Shown here one piece after another: positions 28,019 to 34,433 of a stretch of 34,433 nt of DNA; within the stretch, counting starts at the first letter, position 1; the number at the start of each line of letters is the position of its first letter. Where the stretch lies: assembly GCA_036351155.1 (NCBI GenBank), contig JAZBOO010000380.1:1-34433 (forward strand). Reading direction: 5' to 3'. Made by a program: the position numbers and the translations under genes. The notes below the pieces were generated by a model. The model saw only the letters and a list, made by a program, of their open reading frames with translations, was not told the DNA's origin and did not search any database. The stretch is from Candidatus Krumholzibacteriia bacterium. Lineage in GTDB: Bacteria > Krumholzibacteriota > Krumholzibacteriia > LZORAL124-64-63.

Positions 28019-29422
28019 CTAGAAGAAGCCGTAGGTCAAGCCGGCGGACAAGGACCAGGCGTGGGTGTTGCTCCACACGTTGTCGTTATCGGCCCACTTC
28101 TCGGTGTCCTCGGTCATGAAGAAGCGCCACAGGAGTTCGAATTCCAGGCACATGTTGGCATTCAGCTCATACTCGGTGCCCAGGCCCAGAGCCACGCTGA
28201 GGCTGGTTCCGGAGAATTCCTGCTCATCCAGCGACAGCACGGTGGAGCCGCGGCCCGCCTCGGTCAATTCCCAGCTGGCACTGCCGATGGCCCCGGTCAG
28301 GTATGGATTGAAGGCCGAATCCGGGGTCACGATGTTGCCCAGGAAACCCATGACACCCAGCTCGAAACCATCCAGCTTCAGGTTGGAGTCGCTGCCGAGA
28401 CCGAACCCCTCGAAGGGGGCCAGCTTGGCCGCGTCATCGGTGATTCCCTGACCGCCACGGAAATACCGGGCAAACACATTGAAGTCATCCAGAATGAAAT
28501 ACTTCAGGCCCAGGTCAAAGTTCAGGGCGCTCTTGGTCAGCGTGTTGATGTTGTAGGTTTCATCCTTCACCGCATGCAGGGACTGCCAGAAACTGAGGCG
28601 GCCGGTCAGGCCAAACTTGTAGGAGTGCCGCACGCGGGGAGGGAGGATGGGCTCACCATCGGGGCCCAGGCCCAGGGTGATGGTGGAAGGGTCACGGGTG
28701 AACTTGACGAAACGGCTCTGTCCCCGCTGACTGAAAGACCCGGTCACCCGGTCTTCACCGGCAATGTAGGTACCGGAGAAATGGCTGGGGAAGGGGGCGC
28801 CTTCGGGACGGTAGGTGAAGCTGATCATGGTGTCGGTCACCTTGACGTCCTCGCCATTGACGGCGTTGACGAAGGGGTCCTCGATACTGGCTCGCCAGTC
28901 GGAGCCTTCCTTGTCGATCATCAAGATGACCTGGGAATCTTCACCATCGGGGGCGCGCACCTTGCCGACCCAAACGCCGGCGGGCCCACTGCCCACGCGG
29001 TACTTCTTGATCCCCGTCTCGTCCACCATGGTGTCCACCTGGCGCACGAAGGTCGCATCCTGGGCAGGGTAATCTCCGGCCTGCATGGTGGCTTTCATCG
29101 TGTTGCCCTCGAGGGTCCCGACGAAGTTGACCTTCATGTTCAGTTCAGGGTTGGGAATCTTGAACGTCACCCGGTTGCCCGCAACGAGGATGCTTTCCAG
29201 ATCGGTGGTCCGCTTGACACCTCTGATGGTTCCGGACCAGTCGTCGCCGGATTGTTCCAGCGATAGGGTGAGTTCGATTTCTCCCTGGGGCCCGGGGACC
29301 TTGGCCACCCAGGTGCCGGCGGCGGTCTCCTCGGTCTGGGCCAGGGCGGATGCTGTGCCCAGGCACAGCGTGACGGCCAGCATCAGCACAAACCAAAGCC
29401 TGGGATTGGGTCCCAACGTCAT
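28019..29422 (-). CDS. Outer-membrane beta-barrel protein with two repeated N-terminal beta domains
   Basis: Signal peptide (LWFVLMLAVTLCLGTASALA); repeats AGTWVAKVPGPQGE and AGVWVGKVRAPDGE; OmpA/OmpW-like barrel (NPYLTGAIG, LGLGTEY, WSLSAGLTYGFF with terminal Phe). GAGGAG precedes ATG 29422; 29437 is an alternative start. Confidence 0.8.
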   Translation of the reverse strand: MTLGPNPRLWFVLMLAVTLCLGTASALAQTEETAAGTWVAKVPGPQGEIELTLSLEQSGDDWSGTIRGVKRTTDLESILVAGNRVTFKIPNPELNMKVNFVGTLEGNTMKATMQAGDYPAQDATFVRQVDTMVDETGIKKYRVGSGPAGVWVGKVRAPDGEDSQVILMIDKEGSDWRASIEDPFVNAVNGEDVKVTDTMISFTYRPEGAPFPSHFSGTYIAGEDRVTGSFSQRGQSRFVKFTRDPSTITLGLGPDGEPILPPRVRHSYKFGLTGRLSFWQSLHAVKDETYNINTLTKSALNFDLGLKYFILDDFNVFARYFRGGQGITDDAAKLAPFEGFGLGSDSNLKLDGFELGVMGFLGNIVTPDSAFNPYLTGAIGSASWELTEAGRGSTVLSLDEQEFSGTSLSVALGLGTEYELNANMCLEFELLWRFFMTEDTEKWADNDNVWSNTHAWSLSAGLTYGFF

Positions 29423-29473
29423 TGGCAATCTCCTCATGAAAAGCTCCCGAAACGGTCTGGGGTTGGTGCCAAG

Positions 29474-29502
29474 AATATACAGTTTGGGAATTTGCTTGTC
29501 CA
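29474..29502 (-). promoter_or_regulatory. Sigma70-type promoter for the beta-barrel gene
   Basis: Minus strand TGGACA-N17-TATATT. Confidence 0.5.
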
Positions 29503-29557
29503 ATCCCCAATGTACCCGTTCCGGTTGATTCGAATAAAAGTTCAAGAAATATCGCCC

Positions 29558-29587
29558 TTGCAATGCACCCTGAAATGTCTGTATACT
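29558..29587 (+). promoter_or_regulatory. Sigma70-type promoter upstream of the add leader
   Basis: TTGCAA-N18-TATACT. Confidence 0.55.
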
Positions 29588-29593
29588 TAGCCT

Positions 29594-29812
29594 ACAGGCG
29601 ACAACTCCATCTGGGCTCTGCCGGGCCAGGCGGGGTTCGTCCCTCACAACTTTTCGATGCGGGTTTCCCCAGACGGCTTGGCTGGCTTGACGGGGAGAAT
29701 TCGAAGTGGGTGCAAAGGCCCCAGGGAAATGAGTCGCTCCCTGGACGCTAGAGGACCATTCTTCGCCCGCATCGATAATTTTTATCTGCCAACCACCTGT
29801 GCGAGGGTGAAA
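29594..29812 (+). ncRNA. Candidate structured 5' leader / cis-regulatory RNA of adenosine deaminase (unassigned family)
   Basis: 10-bp perfect long-range pair TCGATGCGGG (29654-63) / CCCGCATCGA (29766-75) enclosing further stems, followed by a U-rich tract; separate upstream hairpin 29613-29638. Confidence 0.35.
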
Positions 29813-30916
29813 ATGACCAGCACCTCTTCCGGTACCAGCCCTGCCCCTTCCCACGCTTTCCTTCACGCCCTGCCCAAGACCGATCTTCACGTCCACCTGG
29901 ACGGGTCACTGCGTCTGGAAACGGTCCTGGAACTTTCCCGGCGCTTCGACACCGGCTATGTCTTCGAAACGGTGGAGGACGCGCGGGCCATCTGTCAGGT
30001 TCCGGATGATTGCCAGAGTCTGGTGGACTACCTGCGGGTTTTTGACATCACCTTGAAGATGATGCAGGAGAAGGACGAGCTGACCAGGATCGCCTACGAG
30101 CTGGCCGAGGATGCCCACCGGGAAAATGTGCGGTACATGGAAGTCCGGTACAGTCCTCTGCTGCACACCAACCGGGGTTTGACCTACGACGAGATCGTCG
30201 GAGCCGTCCAGGAGGGTTTGGACCTGGCCCGGCGGCAGTATGGAATCATCACCGGGCAGATCATTTGCGGAATTCGCCATATCAGCACCGAGAGCAGTCT
30301 CGAGCTCGCGGACCTGGCCGTGAACTGGAAGGGCCGGGGCGTGGTGGGATTCGATCTGGCGGGAGCCGAGAAGGACTTCCCGGCCAAGGACCACATCAAA
30401 GCTTTCTACAAGGTGCTCAACAATAACATCAACATCACGATCCACGCCGGCGAGGCCTTCGGCGCTCCGTCCATTCACCAGGCCCTTCACTACTGTGGAG
30501 CCCACCGCATCGGTCACGGGACGCATCTGAGTGAGGACACCGACCTGATGAACTGGGTCAACGACCACCGCATTCCCGTCGAGGTTTGTCTGGCCAGCAA
30601 CCTGCAAACGAAGGCCATCCCCGACTACCAGAGTCACCCCATCCGGCTGTTCATGGAGGAGGGCCTGCGGGTCACTCTCAACACCGACAATCGTCTGGTC
30701 AGCGGAACCACGGTGACCAACGAGTACGATCTGGCGGTGCGGAACTACAACCTGACCCAGGATCAGGTGCTGGGGCTGGTGCTCAATGGCTTCAAGTCGG
30801 CCTTCCTGCCCCTCAAGGAAAAAAGCCAGCTCATCGACAGCGTGCTGGAGGAGTTCAATGCTCTGGGCGCTCATTTTTCCGGGGAGATTTCGCGGCGTCG
30901 ACGGGTGCACATCTGA
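29813..30916 (+). CDS. add: Adenosine deaminase
   Basis: LPKTDLHVHLDGS, YMEVRYSP, GFDLAGAE, TIHAGE, RIGHG, EVCLASN, LNTDN; GAGGG RBS. Confidence 0.94.
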   Translation: MTSTSSGTSPAPSHAFLHALPKTDLHVHLDGSLRLETVLELSRRFDTGYVFETVEDARAICQVPDDCQSLVDYLRVFDITLKMMQEKDELTRIAYELAEDAHRENVRYMEVRYSPLLHTNRGLTYDEIVGAVQEGLDLARRQYGIITGQIICGIRHISTESSLELADLAVNWKGRGVVGFDLAGAEKDFPAKDHIKAFYKVLNNNINITIHAGEAFGAPSIHQALHYCGAHRIGHGTHLSEDTDLMNWVNDHRIPVEVCLASNLQTKAIPDYQSHPIRLFMEEGLRVTLNTDNRLVSGTTVTNEYDLAVRNYNLTQDQVLGLVLNGFKSAFLPLKEKSQLIDSVLEEFNALGAHFSGEISRRRRVHI

Positions 30917-30918
30917 TC

Positions 30919-31932
30919 TCAGCGGCGGAATAACCAGCCGATCAACACGGCCGCGTCCACCACGGCCCACAGGGTCAGGGAGCGGTACATCCCTTTTTCA
31001 TGCTGACCATCGTCCCAGCGTGGTGCCTGCTGCCACCAGCGCGCGTGGTGCCCCAGCCAGAGCATGAGGGCCGCGGCGGGCAGGATGGCCGTCCACATTC
31101 GCGCTGCACCCCACCAGGCGTACAGCATGGCCACGGAGGCCAGGACCCCCAATCCCAGTGAAACGATCAGCGCCCGGCGAATGCCCAGGGCGGTGGTCAA
31201 GGTCAGGTCACCCCGTTGCTGGTCTTCCCCGGCCTGGTAGATCTGGGTGCCGGGGTAGAAGGAGCCGAACAGCAGGCCGAATCCCAGGACCAGATAGATC
31301 CGCCCGTCGGCCAGAACCTCGGCAAACTGCTGCGCCACCGGCACCTGGGCCACGGGCCAGGGAATCGAAGGAAAGGCCAGCAGGTTGGGCCCGGTGGTGG
31401 CACAGGCCCCGGCGGGGAAGCCCAGGTAAGCGGCCTTGCCCACCAGCAATCCCCCCAGAGTGGTGGCCGCCCCATAGCCGACCATGTTGATCAGCAGGTC
31501 CCAGCCGGGTCGCCCCTTGAGGCGGGTGGCCGGATGGGAATACAGGACCGACAGCACCACGCAGGTCCCCAGCACCAGGCCGAACGCCAGGCCGATGACC
31601 AGCGCGCCCAGCACCACGCCGGCGCTCATCCAGGCCAGAGCAGCGCCGGGCAGCCAGCCGGGAGGTTCAGGCGGCTGGGGGAGGTAGGCCACGGGACCGG
31701 TGTCCCGGTCGTAGGCGCTGTTGTACGCCAGGGTGCCCCCGTTCAGCAGGACCACCCAGCAGATCCAGCCCACCGCCAGGACCATCAGGGCCGTGCCGTT
31801 GATCCAGCACCCGCCGGCGGTGGCCCGTGGGGAAAGCAGCATGACCGCCAGCAGGAACTGGGCGGTCAGAACCGGCCACTGGCCGGGCCGCATCAGCTGC
31901 CAGGCAGCTTGCCATGGTTGCGGAGAAGTCAT
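30919..31932 (-). CDS. UbiA-family membrane prenyltransferase
   Basis: Multiple TM helices; NGGTLAYNSAYDRD (first Asp-rich motif), LYSHPATRLKGRP, TQIYQAGEDQQRGD (second motif). ATG overlaps the upstream TGA. Confidence 0.85.
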   Translation of the reverse strand: MTSPQPWQAAWQLMRPGQWPVLTAQFLLAVMLLSPRATAGGCWINGTALMVLAVGWICWVVLLNGGTLAYNSAYDRDTGPVAYLPQPPEPPGWLPGAALAWMSAGVVLGALVIGLAFGLVLGTCVVLSVLYSHPATRLKGRPGWDLLINMVGYGAATTLGGLLVGKAAYLGFPAGACATTGPNLLAFPSIPWPVAQVPVAQQFAEVLADGRIYLVLGFGLLFGSFYPGTQIYQAGEDQQRGDLTLTTALGIRRALIVSLGLGVLASVAMLYAWWGAARMWTAILPAAALMLWLGHHARWWQQAPRWDDGQHEKGMYRSLTLWAVVDAAVLIGWLFRR

Positions 31933-32495
31933 GAGTTGCTCACGGCACGACCGGCGGGTTCCGTCTCCCGGCCCACCAAGCGCAGCTGGTCTTCCAGCCA
32001 GGGCAGATCCACCCAGGCCCCGACGCACATCTTCTCCATGCCCACCAGCGGGGACAGCAGTGCCGGAATGTCGGGCACGCTGCGCAGGGCCTTGATCAAC
32101 CGGTCGTGGCAAGCGCTGGCGATGATGACGTCGGGTTGCCTGGTGCGGGCCATGTCGAAGGCGATGTGGCTGCGGAAGGCCACCAGGGCGGTGACTCCGT
32201 AGCGATCGCAAAGCCGCGCCACATCTCCCAGGGGACATTCCTGGCAGGACACGCACTGGGCCAGACTGTTTTTGACGTCGGCCGGGCAGCCGGGCTTCTT
32301 GACGCAGCGGGGCATGATCAGAAGCACGGTCGAGGCGGGTGTCCGGGTCAGGTGACGCCGCACGCGAAGATTTTGTCGATGAGCCAGATGCTCGATGTAC
32401 CTGTTCTCGAGCTGACCCCAGGGATGCAGAATCCGGCGGACCAGGGCGACCCATGCCACGTACCAGGAGGACTGCCAGGGAGAACGAAAACTCAT
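31929..32495 (-). CDS. DUF116-family Cys-rich protein
   Basis: LLIMPRC.....C..........CVSCQECP, PDVIIASAC..RL, C...WVD pattern matches DUF116; ATGA overlaps at both ends. Confidence 0.75.
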   Translation of the reverse strand: MSFRSPWQSSWYVAWVALVRRILHPWGQLENRYIEHLAHRQNLRVRRHLTRTPASTVLLIMPRCVKKPGCPADVKNSLAQCVSCQECPLGDVARLCDRYGVTALVAFRSHIAFDMARTRQPDVIIASACHDRLIKALRSVPDIPALLSPLVGMEKMCVGAWVDLPWLEDQLRLVGRETEPAGRAVSNS

Positions 32496-33019
32496 GATGC
32501 CCCGGTGACGCCGGCCTTGGCCAGCCAGAGCTGGCGCACACGGAAGGCGAGGATGCCGAAGCTGACGGCCACATTCAGGCTGTGCTTCATGCCGGCCATG
32601 GGGATTTCCACCACCGAATCCACCAGATGGAGAATGGAGGGCTGCACACCGTGAACCTCGTGGCCCACCACGAAGCAATGGGGAAAGGGAAAAGAAAAAT
32701 CGTCCCAGGGTGCCGCTTCCGGGGTCTGTTCCAGGGCAATGAGGGCCAGGCCGGAATCCTTGATGCGGGTGGCGGCCTCGGTGGCATCACTCCAGTAATC
32801 CCAGGGCACGGTCAGGGTGGCGCCCAGGGCCGTTTTCTCCATGTCCCGTCGAGGTGGGGTGGCGGTCATACCGGTCAGATACAGCCCGCCCAGACCCACC
32901 GCATCGGCGGTGCGGAACATGGAACCCACATTCCACACCGAACGGATGTTGTCCAGCAAGGCATAGCTGGGCATGCGTCCGTTTTTCACGTCCGGTGATG
33001 GGTGGCTGAAGGGCGGCAT
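32492..33019 (-). CDS. TrmH/SpoU-family RNA 2'-O-methyltransferase
   Basis: LLDNIRSVWNVGSMFRTADA, KTALGA, ALEQT, VGHEVHGV, EIPMAGMKHSLNVAVS. Start 33019 or 32974. Confidence 0.93.
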   Translation of the reverse strand: MPPFSHPSPDVKNGRMPSYALLDNIRSVWNVGSMFRTADAVGLGGLYLTGMTATPPRRDMEKTALGATLTVPWDYWSDATEAATRIKDSGLALIALEQTPEAAPWDDFSFPFPHCFVVGHEVHGVQPSILHLVDSVVEIPMAGMKHSLNVAVSFGILAFRVRQLWLAKAGVTGAS

Positions 33020-33148
33020 TTGCAAAGGCGTGGTCAAGATCAACCCCGGAAAAATCCATGTCACAGAACGATTGTCATTGCCTGCAACATATTGGGGCCA
33101 GCTCGACTTTTGCGCAACCTCGGGACGGGTTCCGGTGAATATTCCTGG

Positions 33149-33175
33149 TAAATCCATGGAGCCAGCGGCCGATGC
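33149..33175 (+). promoter_or_regulatory. Sigma28 (FliA)-type promoter candidate
   Basis: TAAA-N15-GCCGATGC versus consensus TAAA-N15-GCCGATAA; ends 47 nt before ATG 33223. Confidence 0.55.
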
Positions 33176-33222
33176 ATACACTGGCAACAGGATTCACCCG
33201 ATACCGAAACTGAATACACCTT

Positions 33223-34433
33223 ATGAAAAGACAGACCGTCAGCCTCTGTGTGATCGCCCGGAACGAGGAAGCCACCATCGGCATGGCCATCAAGTCGGTT
33301 CTGGCCCTGGTGGACGAAGTGGTGGTGGTGGACCTGGGGTCCACCGACAACACCCGGATCATCGCCGAAGGATACGGCGCCCGTGTGCTGGATCACGTGT
33401 GGTCCGACGACTATTCCGCGGCCCGCAACGCCGGTTTGCAGGAGGTCACCTGTGACTGGGTGCTGACCCTGGAGGCTCACGAGTTTCTGCAGCCGGTCCG
33501 GCCCGTGGAATTCCAGCGGCTGCTGCACGATCCCGGCGTGGCCGGCTATCGCCTGCAAGTGGGGCACCAGACCGACGGGGGCGGCCGGGACGAGGTCCTG
33601 TCCTTGCGGCTTTTCCGGCAGGTCCCGCAGGTCCGCTACCGCTATCCCATTTTCGAGCAGCTGGAACCCGCTCTGCTGGACTGGGCTCGCCCGCAGGGGT
33701 TGGTTTTGACAACCGCCGATCTGGTGGTGCTGTCGGAAAACGATCAGGTGGATCGGTCCGCCCGACAGCGGGAAGCCAATCTCCGGATCCTGCGCAAGGC
33801 TCTGGAGGCCCACCCCGCCGAACCCTACTTCCCTTACCGTCTGGCCTGCGAAAACCTCCACACCCAGGAAGATGAAGTCCTGCCGGTGGCAGGACTGAAC
33901 CGGTCCCTGGGGTATTTGAGTCAGGCGTGGCGCCTGGTGGCGCGCTTTCCCGCGGAACAAAGCCGGCAGCTGGCCTGGCTGCCTGATCTGGCGGTCAAGG
34001 CGGCTTCCGGACTGTGTGTCCTGGGCCGGCCCCAGGAGGCCAGGCCCCTGATTGAACAGGTGCGCGGGCTGTTCCCCGAGGATGGTCGGGTGCGCTTGCA
34101 GGCCGTGGCCACCCAGTTGCAACTGCTGGCCCAGTCCGCAGTCGAGGACCAGCCCGGGGTGTGCAACAAGCAGGCTGCCAGCCTGGAGGCCGACCTTCAA
34201 GCTCTGCGCCTGGACGGGGAAAACTTGATCCTGGCCCCCTCGGAAAAGAGGGTGTACAGCCTGTATCCTCTGCGTTATCTGGGGGAACTGGCCCTGCTCG
34301 AGGGACGGGTCAGTCTGGCCGTGGGACATTTTGAACAGGCGCTCAGCCGCGACCCGGAGTATTCTTTCGGCTGGCTTGGCATGGCCGAGTGCTCTCGATT
34401 TGCCGGCGACCGCAAGCGAGCCCTCAAGCTCTA
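33223..34433 (+). CDS. Family 2 glycosyltransferase-like protein with TPRs, DxD motif altered (3' end runs off the window)
   Basis: Not in the ORF track, translated by hand: MKRQTVSLCVIARNEE, DEVVVVDLGSTDNT, WSDDYSAARN, WVLTLEAHE, RLFR, RYRYPIFEQ; TPR-like YLGELALLEGRVSLAVGHFEQALSRDPEY. Confidence 0.88.
   Translation, partial: MKRQTVSLCVIARNEEATIGMAIKSVLALVDEVVVVDLGSTDNTRIIAEGYGARVLDHVWSDDYSAARNAGLQEVTCDWVLTLEAHEFLQPVRPVEFQRLLHDPGVAGYRLQVGHQTDGGGRDEVLSLRLFRQVPQVRYRYPIFEQLEPALLDWARPQGLVLTTADLVVLSENDQVDRSARQREANLRILRKALEAHPAEPYFPYRLACENLHTQEDEVLPVAGLNRSLGYLSQAWRLVARFPAEQSRQLAWLPDLAVKAASGLCVLGRPQEARPLIEQVRGLFPEDGRVRLQAVATQLQLLAQSAVEDQPGVCNKQAASLEADLQALRLDGENLILAPSEKRVYSLYPLRYLGELALLEGRVSLAVGHFEQALSRDPEYSFGWLGMAECSRFAGDRKRALKL

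Noticed and set aside
29456..29471. TGGCAC on the minus strand upstream of the beta-barrel gene as a sigma54 site
   Set aside because: No GC at -12, and a sigma70-like promoter explains the region better.
29630..29650. GGGGTTCGTCCC resembling a tRNA/tmRNA T-arm
   Set aside because: The loop length is wrong and there is no acceptor stem, D-arm, anticodon arm or CCA.
29699..29725. ATTCGAAGTGGGTGCAAAGGCC resembling part of a c-di-GMP-I (GEMM) riboswitch
   Set aside because: It lacks the GGCAAACC entry, the GAAA tetraloop stem and the P2 receptor; kept only as part of an unassigned structured leader.
29438..29896. N-terminal extension of the 625-aa ORF 28019..29896
   Set aside because: It overlaps add and two promoter-like sites, and the signal peptide and RBS place the start at 29422/29437.
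31933..32574. N-terminal extension of the 551-aa ORF 30919..32574 (apparent UbiA fusion)
   Set aside because: This is an alternative frame over the DUF116 gene; an ATGA-coupled start exists at 31932.
1..34433. CRISPR arrays, IS/integrase/phage genes, defence systems, selenocysteine read-through or programmed frameshifts
   Set aside because: I saw no regularly spaced direct repeats, transposase or recombinase motifs, or interrupted reading frames by eye; a computational repeat scan was not possible.

Overview
GC-rich bacterial chromosomal window with no CRISPR array, mobile element, rRNA or tRNA that I can support. The organism appears to be a diderm, since it encodes outer-membrane beta-barrel proteins, and it probably respires anaerobically or facultatively. 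A secreted protein ending in WGSLKACYR suggests an FCB-affiliated candidate lineage such as Krumholzibacteriota/Latescibacterota/Eisenbacteria, but this is inference only. Contents in order: (-) truncated ugd, an SDR nucleotide-sugar enzyme and a CoA-binding protein; (+) a 67-aa secreted micro-protein, a FadF/EMO-like membrane Fe-S oxidoreductase, a FabK/nitronate-monooxygenase flavoprotein and a TPR protein; (-) a GT2-TPR glycosyltransferase, a secreted protein and etfA/etfB; (+) a tightly coupled six-gene operon of RND MFP, two RND permeases, a degenerate Lpd-like flavoprotein, a GlcD-GlcE fusion and GlcF; (-) a DUF5916/CBM9-like outer-membrane protein; (+) an ArsR-methyltransferase (SahR-like); (-) an outer-membrane beta-barrel protein; (+) adenosine deaminase behind a long structured leader; (-) a coupled TrmH, DUF116 and UbiA operon; (+) a second, truncated GT2-TPR lacking its DxD motif. 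The strongest leads are (1) a terminal aromatic-x-x-L-K-A-x-Y-R-stop motif shared by two unrelated exported proteins, a candidate C-terminal sorting or secretion signal, where one of the two proteins is little more than signal peptide plus motif; (2) an intact and a degenerate GT2-TPR behind sigma54-like and sigma28-like promoters; (3) a structured RNA leader upstream of add; (4) the efflux/pseudo-Lpd/GlcDE-F operon; and (5) the DUF116-UbiA pair.
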